Below are positions 13,788-27,164 of a DNA stretch of 64,000 nt, one piece after another (position 1 is the first letter of the stretch; each line of letters starts with the position of its first letter). Source of the stretch: Syncephalis fuscata S228. Its lineage: Eukaryota; Fungi; Zoopagomycota. Under the pieces are notes generated by a model. The model saw only the letters and a list, made by a program, of their open reading frames with translations, did no database searches and was not told where the DNA came from. Location of the stretch: the NCBI GenBank assembly GCA_025786725.1, contig JAHLTZ010000022.1, positions 186,001-250,000 of the forward strand, read 5' to 3'. The translations under genes and the position numbers were made by a program.

Positions 13788-15020
13788 TTACTCAAGTGAT
13801 AATTCAACTGCAAATGCTACGGCTATTTTGGTAAAACGAAGTGCATGGTCGAAATTTACCTTATCAATAGTATCTTCAGTAGTATGAAGAATACGGTTAT
13901 CGCTTACTTTGGCCGATTCAAAAGAAATAGCTGTCGGGTAGCCAAGCCTATTCCACGAATAATGGTCTGAACAGCCATAGCCACACCGGTCATCTTTAGT
14001 GGTGACATCTGGCAAATATTGTTTAATTATTTCTTTGATTGTAATCGTAAGATTTGGATCAGCGTTATCGGTAATAATACCTATTTCGTTCGGACGGCCT
14101 TTGACAGGCACGCCAGTCATGTCTAGTTGCAGCATACCCGCCACCTTACGCTTGGCCTGCTGATAACTGTGCGCAACATCTTGTGATCCCAAAAGACCAT
14201 CTTCTTCTCCAGCATACCAGTGAAATTCAATTGGGCGCTTTGGCTTGAATCCAGAATTAATTAAAGCACGGAATGCTTCAATACTGGATACAGTACCGGA
14301 TCCATCATCGTCAGCACCTGGAGCTCGACCTGCACGATCCTTACTATTGGTAGAATCCAGATGAGCACCAATAATAACCGCTTCTTCTTGGTTTTTCTGA
14401 CCTTCAATTCGAGCAATGATTGAAGATTGAATAAAAGCATGCTTAAATCCAGTTACTTTGACTTCAACTCCAGGTTTGGCAGTTTTAGCTACTTCTTGTA
14501 CTTTGGAAAGCAGCCATTTGGATGCATTGGCTCCATGTTCGCTATCGTAACGACGATTAAAGAAAGTTACCAATTTTTCTAACGTTGCCTTCATTAATAC
14601 GGTATTACAACTAGCGATAATAGGAGCCACTTGATTTTTATGAGACAAAACAACAGGCGAGTTTCTAACGAATCTTTGGACGTCTTTAGCGAAAGAATTT
14701 AGCTTCTGAACGCGATGAGGTGTATCTACGTTTTCAATCATATCTGGATGAAAAGTAACATCCATGAATTTACGGTCGGCTTTTTTAATATTCCAAACTT
14801 GCGATTCGGACATCCACGTAGGTGACTGGTCTACTCCTTGCTGAATCAAATGAAAGCTCTCGCCTTTCTCGTTCGTTGGAAAGCCATTGGCGTTTGTTTG
14901 AGTATGCTTGAATGGAAGAGAAGGGAAGCGATTGGCTGATGTTGGCTCGGCTGGTGCGGCATGTACATAAGCTGCAGCCGCTAAAGCCAATAAAATAAAA
15001 GTGTTGATCTGTGGCTGCAT
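13788..15020 (-). CDS. Secreted leucine aminopeptidase (M28 family, LAP1-like), intronless
   Basis: Signal peptide plus propeptide. Zn ligand motifs GAHLDS, APGADDDGSG, AGEEDGLLGS, QLDMTG, CGYGCSDH, HTTED. Confidence 0.95.
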   Translation of the reverse strand: MQPQINTFILLALAAAAYVHAAPAEPTSANRFPSLPFKHTQTNANGFPTNEKGESFHLIQQGVDQSPTWMSESQVWNIKKADRKFMDVTFHPDMIENVDTPHRVQKLNSFAKDVQRFVRNSPVVLSHKNQVAPIIASCNTVLMKATLEKLVTFFNRRYDSEHGANASKWLLSKVQEVAKTAKPGVEVKVTGFKHAFIQSSIIARIEGQKNQEEAVIIGAHLDSTNSKDRAGRAPGADDDGSGTVSSIEAFRALINSGFKPKRPIEFHWYAGEEDGLLGSQDVAHSYQQAKRKVAGMLQLDMTGVPVKGRPNEIGIITDNADPNLTITIKEIIKQYLPDVTTKDDRCGYGCSDHYSWNRLGYPTAISFESAKVSDNRILHTTEDTIDKVNFDHALRFTKIAVAFAVELSLE

Positions 15021-15816
15021 GTTGATTTGCTTGAAGTGATACTTTGTCTCGTTAAGCTTAGATATGCAGAGTGGTTAAAGCAGTTGGTAGTTGCGTAAAA
15101 TACGTTAACAAGTTTTGAAATGTGGTGTGTTGTAATTGATCGTGTCGGAGGAAAGCAAAGCAGGTGATGAATATTGTGCTATTGAAATACAAACATCTAT
15201 ACGAGTATTTATACTTGGTAGAGATAAATTAAGTGCTGCTATTTCTAAAAAACAAGTAATTATTTGGTTGAAGTTGAACAAAAGATTCCCAGAATCGATG
15301 ATGTGTTGCACCAAAATTTTTCTTTATCGCAGCCTTGTTCTTGGCGTGACTTCATTGTATGACCAGATTCTTTGGAGATTGTTGGTGGCAATTCCGATGT
15401 TTCAAGATGTATGAGAAAGTGTCTATACACATAAAGATCATTGTCTGTCATAATTGTATGGCTGAATTATAGATTTACTTGAGGCCTATTGCAAATAAAT
15501 AATGGGACTTTTATGTTTACTAGAAAATTACCATACGCTTTCAAATATTTCTTCTATTGCCGAATTATTTAATGAATAACAGCTTTACATACAAATAACA
15601 TAAATGCAACAGCATAAATAATTTTAAGCCTTACGGCTATACTTTATTGGTATTTAATAGGTCTAATCTATGGTTATCCGAGTACAACAATAAACACCAG
15701 TAAATAATATAAAAAGCAGGTTATTGCACCTCCTATCATTAACCGAAACACCTCGTGTAAAATTGTTGTTGCTGAAAGAGTCGGATATACGTAAAACTAA
15801 TTGTATACTAACCTCC

Positions 15817-15870
15817 TTAATAGACAACGTGGGTTTAATAGAAAACGTGGATTTGGCAGATAACGTGGAT
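15817..15870. repeat. 3 x 18-bp imperfect tandem repeat (TTAATAGAMAACGTGGRT-like)
   Basis: ttaatagacaacgtgggt / ttaatagaaaacgtggat / ttggcagataacgtggat. Confidence 0.75.
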
Positions 15871-16635
15871 TTGTTTGTAATGGAGGTACCTTAATATCCA
15901 CTGAATGCTCGCCTCATTTCTTTATGTTGTCGAATAAGTAAAATGATAGCAACATCCCTAAATACACAGTCTAAAGCTTTATTATTTGCGCCGAGCTTGC
16001 AATCAATTGAAATAAACATATTATTAAGCTTTCCAACTAATTGTGATGCAACCAATAGTTCACAAGAGATGTTGAAATTGACTAATCAATAACTGCACAC
16101 TAACCACATTAGTGTAACACGACGCATAACATTTATAATAGTATATACTACGTATTAATATACTAGCTTCAAGTTTTGAATAGCAAATAATCATGCTATT
16201 TATTGATAACAATTTTATTTCTAGTATTTAAAAAGACTATGGCTCATTTTGTTTATTTATGTCTAAATAGACCAAGCTAAATGTGCAAAAATACATCTAC
16301 AAGTAAACAAATAAGTTTATTAATAAAGCTTGACTAATAAAGAATAAAACTACATAGAGCAAAATAAACCACATAAACAATAATGAGAAAACTATATTGC
16401 ATACGCTTGAGTAAGTGAAATGAATCAACGTCTATGGAAAATATAATATACTTAATATACCATAAAATGATATGTGGTATTAGGAGTATACAAGGGGAAG
16501 AGGATATATGCATACAAAATAATAAATCAACAATAATTTTAAGAGTAATAGCTGTTTACTTTCATCTTTGTTTCAAACCAGTTGAACTGACATCTTATTT
16601 TTCTTGATCCTCGTACATTAACGCTCAATAGTAAA

Positions 16636-17386
16636 ATGGCCAGCAATATTGTGTCGCGTACAGCACAGAAACTGCAAAGCAAAGAGTTTCGCGACTATCT
16701 TTGCAGGTAAGAGCGATATTCATATAATAGTCATAACGGTCGAATTCCTACTAACAGCTACATCTATCAATTGATCTATTTATTCTTCTTTATAAACATA
16801 TACGCATTCATCGATCAGTACGGTGAGTTATATTATTTCTATAGTATACTGTTTAATAATATGTCTATTGGCATGTCTAGCACTTTTGGGGTCCAGGCAA
16901 GTAGTAGAATAATAACAACACGTCGGTATTACTAATACTTACATTTAAACCATCATACAGTTGCTAACTGGGGCTTACCTTTGGCAGCCATGTCGGATAT
17001 GAAGAAAGATCCAGAGATTATTAGTGGATCCATGACAACAGGTAATGCTGGCCTGTAACACTTGATCAATTGCATTTCTAATTTTATTATTCAATGATGT
17101 GCAGCACTATCGCTGTACTCATTGCTATTTATGCGATTTGCATGGGTGGTTATTCCGCGTAATCATCTGCTGCTGGCCTGTCATGCCACGAATGAAGTGT
17201 GTCAATTAACGCAAGGTTATCGATTTATTAAGTACAACTAGTAAGTTTTCTAAAGACATGTTTACAAGTATCTATTGAATGCAGCGGATTTACCAATACA
17301 ACATTACACTTTTCTTCGATTATAGTTTTGGTGGAAAAGAGGAGAGGATGAAAGCTGCCGCATCCAACTTGTCAAAGGACAATTAA
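16636..17386 (+). CDS. MPC1: Mitochondrial pyruvate carrier 1; 6 exons including a 4-nt micro-exon and a GC-AG intron
   Basis: Spliced: [69 protein letters not shown]. Absent from the ORF track. Confidence 0.95.
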
Positions 17387-17457
17387 AACTTGAAATAAAA
17401 GGAACGAGCAAAGGAATGAAGCGGTTTAGCGTTTGTCTTGATTCCATATGAGCATTA

Positions 17458-20054
17458 TTACGCTTTTTCTTCGCCAACTCGTTGAGTGTAATCAAGACGG
17501 GCTTGAGTATAAAAACACATATATCTGAACCATTTTTATAGTTATTATTATTAGTATTATCAAAGTAGTAACAATAAAGCGTGTTATGGGCATCAGGTGG
17601 CTATAGTTATTAAACTAAACTACTTACGCTTTACTGGCCAGTACTTGGACACGATCCGTTAGCGTAATCATTGTGTCATCAAAGTAAAACCACTAGAAAT
17701 AGTTGGTATGCCTAGTACATCAGTAGCTGTTTACACAACCTACCTGATCTCGACAACGGGCATATGCTGTATAATGTCCATTGTCTAATTTGCCTTGGTG
17801 ACACACAACGGCGTAGAGCCGATATTGACAGGCAGGAGATGATCTACAGTAGATTGAATAGGAAATAAGCATAAAGAGTTATTTATGCTAATAACGTACG
17901 TTGGAGTGGATTTGTGAGCATTTGCACCCCGAGCCCGTGAAGTAAACTGTGTCATATCCAACGTTTCAGGAAATCGAATATGTGATTCAATCTTGCTAGC
18001 ATTTTGGCTATGTTCAAATCGCTAATGATTTGCTAATTAGCAATGCAGCAATAATAACAATATATATATATCTCTATATATATCTAAACACACCTTAAAT
18101 TGAAAGCTTAATACGGGTGGTAGTCGACGAATAGACATTTGCTTTGTAGCTGACTGTAAATAAATAATTGTAAATATACGTCAATTACTACATTTAATTC
18201 CTTTGTTCAATGATTACCTGGGAGTTATTACCGCATTTGCTGCAGGTATATTCGGTGGCATCCAATTTCTCTGCTTGCGTAAATCTATTATCGATTAGGC
18301 GTTCAATTTGTTTGACAGCTATTTTAGACTATTATTAGCGATTAATTACCGTTCTAAACAGCCTAATAGCGAATTGGCATGATCATCCGACGATTTGTCA
18401 GCGCCATTTGTATGGTGTGAACTGGCCAGTGACGATGATTTCAATGGACGACCATGAGGACGGTGAGCAGATGTGTTCAAATCAAGCGATATATCCAACA
18501 TTGGATCAATGACAGTTGTCACATTATCACAAGCCAGACAAGTGACATCAGATTGTAGTTCACCGGCAAATGTGGCATGAACAACACATCGACATGCATC
18601 CATACTACTGCCTAGTAGCATCGATGTAATTGTAGCAATATGCGTTAATGAACCGACTGATGTATCAGGCATACCCACCTTCTAGACTAATGTGTAGCTG
18701 ATTAAGTGCTGATATGAAAAATTCATGAGCATCCTGTTGTGCATAGCCGGCCAATTCTGACGAGGAACGCCATATAACCTGCAAAAAATTGCCTGGATTA
18801 AATGGTTCTTTACGTCCTGAGTGGAACTAGTTGATATGCAATTATAACAAGTTTAAGTCGCCAGTTGGTATAATAATGCTTATAAATCTACCTCAGAAAA
18901 TAGCCGATCTAGTTCGCAGGATAAACAGTTTTCTCTTCGGCATTCGTGGCGTGGGTGTCGGTCACTTAGGAAATAAGTGCGTAAAAGTGGATTATGGATA
19001 AATGCCTGAAGAATGACGCTCATAAAACACGTATTACCCATATTACGTAGACCACGTAGGCCTAAGTAGTTTGTTAATTAAATCAATAAACTAAACTATA
19101 CACTACTGCGCTTTTAAGCAATTACCGCCGCATGCCTGAATACGTGTGCGTGCTCGTATTAATCCGGCCTCCTCTTCGCTGGGACGCCAATCAACGTAAC
19201 GTGCTCGCTTTAGGCCTGGTTCTATTTCCAAGTTGTCAGTTAGTTGCATGGCGTATAAGGCAAATAAGAGCAACAGCTAATAGGTGTGGTATTTAACGTG
19301 GTAGCTTACCATAGATCTGTGTCAGCATATCATGGATTCGGCGTGATTCTACCGCATAGGCTTTGTCAAGCTCATGGCTATAAATAAAATCGTTACAAAG
19401 TCGACAGTGTACAAGACATCGTTCGAAATCGACCGCTATCCGCATATATGGATCAGTTCTACCGGTGATGCTAATATTATTTCTAATGCTTATCAATCGG
19501 TCCTACCAAAAATATGATCGCGTTGTACAAGATGCGCTTGGATATGACCGCCACGCCAACAACCAATATAAACGCAGTGGATGCATGCGTACAATCGACC
19601 TAGTGGATTAAGACAGTTTAAACAAAAAGCCCGCGGCAATTTCTATATACACATAAAACATACAATTAGTTTCGACCGGCAAGCAAGTATAGTCACCGCC
19701 TCTTGTTATCAACCGGCCGCTTACTGACCTTGCCACGTTTACGTTTACCGATCTCAGGAGCAACAGGCGCGCCTAGCTCTAGAGAAAACTCTATGCGATG
19801 TCGATAAAGTAGAGCATAGCGGACAATCATACGAAAAGAGTCAAGTAGATCGCGTTTGCGAGAGCGCATGTGTTCGCAGCCTTCGCTGGGCGCTGAAGAT
19901 GCAGAACCGCCGCCAGCTGCGAAGAAGCGGCCGTTGAAGCGTTGCTACTATGACCGCCTGTCGCGGTCGACATGGCCATTGACATTGACGTGTGCGCATT
20001 CGTAGAATCGCCCGAACGGGATGACCGTTGCAAATTACCACTTTTTTCAGACAT
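17458..20054 (-). CDS. UBP8: Ubiquitin-specific protease Ubp8/USP22 (zf-UBP plus USP domain); one frameshift near 19921
   Basis: GCEH N-terminal zinc motif, [68 protein letters not shown]. Confidence 0.92.
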
Positions 20055-20539
20055 TGTGTCAGTAGAAGATGAAAGCCTTGCTTGTTAATGAACCTAATAA
20101 AAGAATGTAGCTGTCCAGTAAGAGAGCGGATATTTTTGAACAGTAAGGGATCGAGCTATTAATTGTTATGGTCAGATATGGTCATTGGATAAGGTTTGAT
20201 TCAATGTGAATTGCACACTCGACTCGATACTATTTTGGTGCTTTGCTATTGAAGATGTAGACCATAAGTCAGAATTTTAAATGTCCAAATTCTTACATAA
20301 TGCCCCATATCTTTGTTAATATGCAATGAAATAATTTGGTTGTGTTTATAGTACAATAAGGTAGAATATTAATGGAACAATATAACACCAAGTTAACATG
20401 AGATATGGCTGATTATGGAGACTATAAATAGGTATCAAGTTATGATAACACAGTGGTTTATTAAATTGTAACAAACAACGATGATTTATTGAATAAAACC
20501 TTATTAGATTATAACCCAATGTAAAATTGCAATAAACTA

Positions 20540-21837
20540 TTATACTCGCTTAGCGTTGGGTGGCATAACGGGTACTTGATTGAATATGGCTAGAGTGGCT
20601 CTGTATTTTTCAATAAGATTTTCCGTCAAAGTTCGTTCATTTACGTTAGGATTGAGCATGAGATTCATGACGGCAATTAGCGGCTTCAATGTTGTTCGAG
20701 CATTGGCAATCATATTCTTATCGTTCTTCATGGCAAGGTGCGGTGATTTGAAAAAGCTGTCAGGGAGCTCTGCTTTAGGATTGTAATTGGCGCTAGCATC
20801 TTGTCCAGATAGCATCTTGTATAGTACGGCGCCAGTGGCCCAAGTAAGCTTTTTAGAAATAATATCTTTTGTATCTTCTTTTTTAAGAAGGCCAGGTGCC
20901 GCCACATTTGCTGCATTTCCCAACGGTTGAAGAATGTTCATTGATGCCTCTAACTTTCCGTACTTGTCAGAATTTAAGCAAATATCTAAAGTACCAGTTA
21001 GTTTGATTAGATAAAGCGACGGTCGATAATAATAGACTACTTACAGTCTGGACCAAAGTTTGTATACAAAAGACCTGCTTTATTCATAAAAGTTATACCT
21101 ATACACGAAATAAAGTTAGTATTAAATGATAGTGATACTAATGATAATAATGGCTTAATTTAAAGTGTCACTTACCTTGGACAATTTGGCCAAATATTGG
21201 ACTTATTTTGGTAAACTTTTCTTCGATCGATAATCCCATGGTATAGTCGATAAGCTTTTTGGCACAAGCGTTTTTTGTAACGTAACATTGATGGGATTTG
21301 TTGGGAGTTTCGGTAGTAAAAAGTAGCCCGTTGATGAATTTCAAACCATTAATATTGATGGGTCTGACGGTGAGTGCTGGATCTCCTGGCTTGCCGTTTT
21401 GAACATCGTGATAATTGGATACAATCTAAATTTACAAGATTAGATGGTGCGACGAGCAATATTATAGATTTACCTTTAATGCCTTGTAGCGGGGTGGCAA
21501 TGGCTTTATCCCGGTAGGTACACATCGAATCTCTCCTTTAACACCATCGTATACTGCTTCTGCGCCATGTATGCCATAGTCATCGACAGGTAAGCGTCCA
21601 ACGATCTGTAGCTTTGGATTACTAAAAACACCAAGCTTGTTTAATGGGGTTGAGACAAATGGATCTATAAATAATACAACAATTATTAATTAGTTTATAT
21701 TGATGTGGTATCAGTCAGCTATGCTTACCACTATTGTTGGGAATAGCGTCGGCTGTGGCCACTTGCAAGTTAGCACCTAGGCCTGCAAGACATATAGCGG
21801 CAGCAATAGGAAAAAACGTAAGATTTTTGATCGACAT
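20540..21837 (-). CDS. Secreted pseudokinase B, 349 aa; exons 21729-21837, 21474-21664, 21176-21425, 21045-21098, 20540-20985
   Basis: Signal peptide MSIKNLTFFPIAAAICLAGLGA. Kinase subdomains VIa (QIVQGITFMNKAGLL), IX (TWATGAVLYKMLSG) and XI (LMLNPNVNER). The HRD position reads YTN and there is no DFG. Confidence 0.85.
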
Positions 21838-23370
21838 GATAATCTATTCTGATCTAAATGGAGAGTTGTAGTGATGAGTGCGAATGCTGAAGGAATAATG
21901 CCGTAAAATTGGCGAATATTTATACAGAACTTTCTAATGCTTTTACATCACGCGTATCAGCTGTTATTTGATGCATGCCAAATTAAAACATCCAACTGGT
22001 TGTTTGATAATAAAACTCCAAACGAATAAAAATAAACCGGAATTCACAGATAAGCAAGTTTTATTGTGCGTGTTTATTGCTGTATACCATAATGGCCACG
22101 TGATGTAAAATGGAAATGTTAATTCAATGATAAGCAACCGGTCTTCTAGTTATCTTACAGGCTTTGCCATAATGATTAGTGTTGTGTTTATTGAAATTTG
22201 CTGTTAAATAAACCAAGTTATGTCGCATCAACGTGGTTTTACTAAATAAATATCAAAATTATGCATGGCAACAATACAATGTTTTGGATCGATTTAATTA
22301 GTAAGATTGGCGTGTCATACATGCTGCATTCAATTCTCAAAACCTGTAAGACTTGGCTCGTTTTTCTCTCACATTCAATATATTGCCTATTAAGAAATAA
22401 TGTAATTAAATTTTTATTAATGTATATGGAATAAAATGCAATTTTTTACACATTGATAGATATGTTAAATGTAGAAAATACAACTTTTAAGTAGAATTAC
22501 AACAGTCGAGGCCGCAAAGTATATACTTGTTTACTCGCAGATTGGTGAGGACATGTTTGAAGTTTATACAGTCGTAAGTCTCAGATCCAGTTTTTCACGG
22601 GGATTGTTTGCATTAAGATTTTGATAATTTTGTATGTACACGTATAATAAATTGTCACGATTATAACGAAATGATTACTATTATGCTTTGATATAGCTAT
22701 TGTGAAGATTTGGCCCAATGTAAATATTGTCTGCTTGACTTATATTATTTCATTATATTTCATACTTGCACTGAAAACACAGTTGTAAGCTAAATATATA
22801 TTATATCATTACGTTAAATCATAAATGTAGTAAAAGCCACTAAATTTAAATATAAAGAAACACACATTTGTACAATTGACATAATGTTTTACATCATCTA
22901 TTGACATTGCTAAACTTTTCTGTCATATATATTATTTTTACATGTCAATAAATAATGCGACAATAATGATATCCAAGTAGAAACAATACATCGCGCCACA
23001 AACACTTCAAACACGACAATTGTATTGTGTATGTGTGACAATCATCATTACAATCGTTTATTCATAACAAATGGTATTATTTTACAATAAAATAGCTGCC
23101 TATCAGCTATGATTTGATTTGACTTTTTTATTTAATAGACTATAATCAACTGTTCCTATTGTATCATACATAAATAGAAATAAAATAGCACTTTGAATAA
23201 CGGAACCATTGAATAGATTAAATATGGCAGTGACGTGCAATATTAATGTATAAAACAGGAGAAAACAAAGGTGGCTATTGTCGCAGCTATTAATAGCACT
23301 TGTTTTGTTTTCCTACTTAGTTGCTAGCTTTCTAATCGCTTGTTCTACGCATTGCATTTTGGTGGCCACA

Positions 23371-24639
23371 ATGCCCGACTTCAATACAACAGTTCAGGGG
23401 TTTTTTGCACTATTCGCCGTCTTGGCGGGTTCAGGTGTTTTTCTGGCCTACTATTTCCAATGTAGTATAATATATTTGTCGAGATTCCCGGAAGGCTCGC
23501 GTCAAGTGGTGAGTAATCGTACTAGTTGGCAGGTCTGCTATGGTTATTAATTGGTGCTGCTACCCATTATAACAGGTCGACAAACCATCCGACTACGATA
23601 TGCCATACGAAGATGTTTGGCTTCGTTCACCAGATGGCGTTCGGTTGCATGCTTATTTAATTACACGGGCTACACCTAGTGAAACGGCCAATGCGCCAAC
23701 AGTGTTCTATTGCCAGGTAGGTGAATCAGACCTCCGCTACTATATATTTTGAGCCTCATAAAACAATTATAGGCAAATGCTGGCAACATGGGCCACCGAC
23801 TACCTATTGCAAAAGAACTATATCATCGCTGTAACTGTAATATATTTATGCTATCTTATCGCGGGTAAGTTAGAAATAGCTATCTAGTTTGTAATTGCAC
23901 TATATACAATATTATGCCACTAGATACGGTCTGAGCGAAGGTGATGCCAATGAGAAAGGCATTAGACTGGATATGCAAGTAAGTAGCTATGCCGGCTATT
24001 ATTGGCAAATAATAGACAAATGATTAATGTTTTGCTATCAGACAGCCTTGACATTTATTCGTGATCACGATGTGATCAAAGATACACGTATTGTTTTGTA
24101 TGGACAATCTATTGGAGGTGCAATAGCGATTGATCTTGCTGCCCGTAATGAAGAAAAAGTATGTTGTGTGAAACTGCGCTGTGTATGTCATTATTGACAT
24201 ATTGTTTATATTAGATTCATGCTTTGATGTTAGAAAATACTTTTCTCAGTGTGGTAAGAGAGTCGATATCGTTGTATTTACCAACACTAATCAATTATCA
24301 CTGTTTATACCAAATAGCCCAAACTAATCCCCCACGTTATGCCTTTTCTTTCCTCGGTGGCGTTCATGTGTCATCAGCACTGGGCATCGGAGGAAATGAT
24401 TAGACAACTAAGGCGTATTCCTATTTTGTTCCTGGCTTCTGGTCAAGATGAATTAGTACCACCTCTTCATATGCGTACACTTATGATCTTGCCAATACTA
24501 CGGGCGGGTCTACATGGCGAGAATTCCTCACGGAACTCATAACGATGCGTGTGTGCAGCCGGGCTATTTTGAAGCTGTTGAAGGCTTCTGGCGTGAACAC
24601 GTTGTTGGCCAGCCACACAATAATTTTAGTAAAAGTTAA
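23371..24639 (+). CDS. BEM46: BEM46/ABHD13 alpha/beta hydrolase; two 1-nt frameshifts near 24481 and 24526
   Basis: N-terminal TM, ANAGNMGHRLP, SYRGYGLSEG, YGQSIGGA, LENTFLS, DELVPPLHM, HGTHND after correction. Confidence 0.92.
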
Positions 24640-25565
24640 ATACTTGCATTGCTATAAATACATTGCACAATGTCTCAGACTTTTTTTATTAAACTGGTTA
24701 TCTTATTGGGCTACAGCCTCCTATGGACTTGTCTAATTAATAAACGTGTTTTCTTGCGCAACCATGCTGAAATATAGGGCTATCCGCACTATAGTAGGAA
24801 TAGAAACTGGTCTTTATTCTGCGACAAGCAGCCAATGAGTATTTGTCACTGTTTTCAATTGATGAATTATAAAACCGGAATGAACACAGTCCACCAGTAT
24901 CGCGTAAATGAAACAAGTCCATGGCTATTTCACGTTGTTATGTTTAAAGATGGCCATAGTTGATTGTTCTCCTTCATAAACAACCATGTATGTGCCGGTA
25001 TCTTTTGTATATTCGTTGTCCAAAAACAACGTCCATATAATGTTAATCAATGGCCCATTGTTCTTTCTTGAATGATGGGGGGGGGGAGGAGGAGGAAATC
25101 AGCATTGGAGAACGCCCTGCTTTCATCAATCGTTATTATCTGTTTCAGACTGCCTTGTCACTATTTTCTGGTAATGGACCATATGGTCAATCATTGGAAA
25201 CAATGTTACATCCGTATAGCAGCGTGTTTTCTACCTGGTCAAATAATTTTCATAGTGCTCACAAAATTTGAATAATACTTTTAAACACTGCTCGGGTCAT
25301 CTACGCAACACGACTTTGTTTTTACAGTATTCCAAATAGTATTTTATTCGTTGCATTTTCTCATTTATTCGTTTATTCATTTATTTTTGTCTCTCGAAGG
25401 TATACGTCAGTAGCGACCGCCTAATTTTTCTTTTATTTAGAAAATAGTACGTAGCTATATTATCACTACGGTTAGTGGTGCAGTGTGACGTTACGTTCAG
25501 CCCCTCCTCTATAATCAAAACTACCCTATCTTTTTTATCGTCTCCTCCTCCATCCTCTCAATGAA

Positions 25566-26862
25566 ATGGCGCCTTTGCATACAAGTAACGTCGAGGGAAT
25601 GATGGTGAATGCTGGCATTATCATCGGAATCATCACTTTTTCAGGACTAGGTGTGTTGCACTACCTGAGATTTAGTGAAAAATTGGCCAAGGGACATGCT
25701 GGTTTATTAATGGCTTCTATACGTAAGTTATAATAATGAAATTATATAAAAAGTCGGTTACCAACATTTTGTTATAAATACATAAATACAGTTCAATGTC
25801 TTCAATGGTTGGTACTTATCATTGGTGGTATGTCCCCGCACTACTGTAATGCCATCAATTTCGGCATTATGGCTGCTATACCTGCGTATTATTCATTCAA
25901 GTGGTAAGTTACACGACTTGCCAGTCTATTAGGATGACTAATAAAAGCAATAGGTTTAAAAAAATGAAACAACACCAAAGCAATTTTAGAATTCGGGTTG
26001 TTTGTATCTTCGTCTACATTTGGATAACGCTGTTTGCACTATCTTCATGTGCTCAAGTTGCTTCCATTGCAATAGATGAATTCAGCTTAGGATCCCACAT
26101 ATTCAAAGCTATTATGTTTATGTGCAATGCAGTTATTGGCACTGGTGTCATTTTGATTTTCTTGCTCAACATTTGGTTTCTTACACTGATTCCACGTGAA
26201 ATGAAAAGAATTAGAAGAACTAAACGTATGGTAAGTCAATAGATGTAATAATAATAATACAATGATCATTTATTAACATATATTTACAATCTTAGCAAAT
26301 TTATCGTCTTATGTGCTTTTCAATATTGACTTTACTGAGTATTATGTCAGTTCTATATATTCAATACTTTATACATCCACTTTTTATGATATTTTATCAT
26401 TTTATCGCATTGATACCCCATAGTTCACTTGATGAATTTGAAGAGGCACAGATCATTTATGCTTCAAAACAATACAACAAAGCACTAGCATATCCATTTG
26501 CCAAGCACGGTATCGTTCCTCCATCTACTTATTTACCAAGGCTTGGTCGTGTATCTACCTTGCGAGTACCCGCATTCAAGGCAAATAGACATATAGAGAG
26601 TCTATCAAGTGACACGGTAGTCGACTACGACGATGCCGATGACACTCAGAGCGAATTAAGTAGCGTCGAAACGGTTGATGATCGCGAAGTGCTAAAAGGG
26701 CGCGGTGGTGCGACACTTAACGCAATCGACCTAGCCTATAACGCGTTGGTTTCAAATAGTAGCAGTTTTTGTGATAACGATTGTCCCGTTAGTGACTGTG
26801 GAGATGTGAGAGCAATGGATATGGCAGTGAGCGACCTGTCTCAGTCGAATCCATTGAAGTAA
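25566..26862 (+). CDS. Orphan seven-transmembrane (GPCR-like) protein, 4 exons
   Basis: Spliced product shows 7 hydrophobic segments, a Cys before TM3, a basic loop REMKRIRRTKRM between TM5 and TM6, and a Ser/Asp-rich tail. Confidence 0.65.
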
Positions 26863-27164
26863 GTGTTATTCGGCCGAACATCGCTTACAATGTTGATAAC
26901 TTGAATGCCGCCGCCGCCAACCCGCTAAAGAGTAGGTGTTAGTCAGTGTTATGGCAATCATGCTGGCTAAATCAGTGCTGATTTACAATTATTAATAACC
27001 AATTTACGATTTTTTTATAAACGACATATTAACGACTAAATATGCCTTTGTAGCGCTTTATACAACATATCATTTACAATAAAGTGCATCTTTGACATTT
27101 TACATAAATATTCAAAATAGTAGTTTATTTAAATGAAATCAGTTATTTAAAATACTTTAATCTC

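Noticed and set aside
15817-15870. CRISPR-like array
   Set aside because: Eukaryotic context, contiguous 18-bp units with no spacers, and no cas genes.
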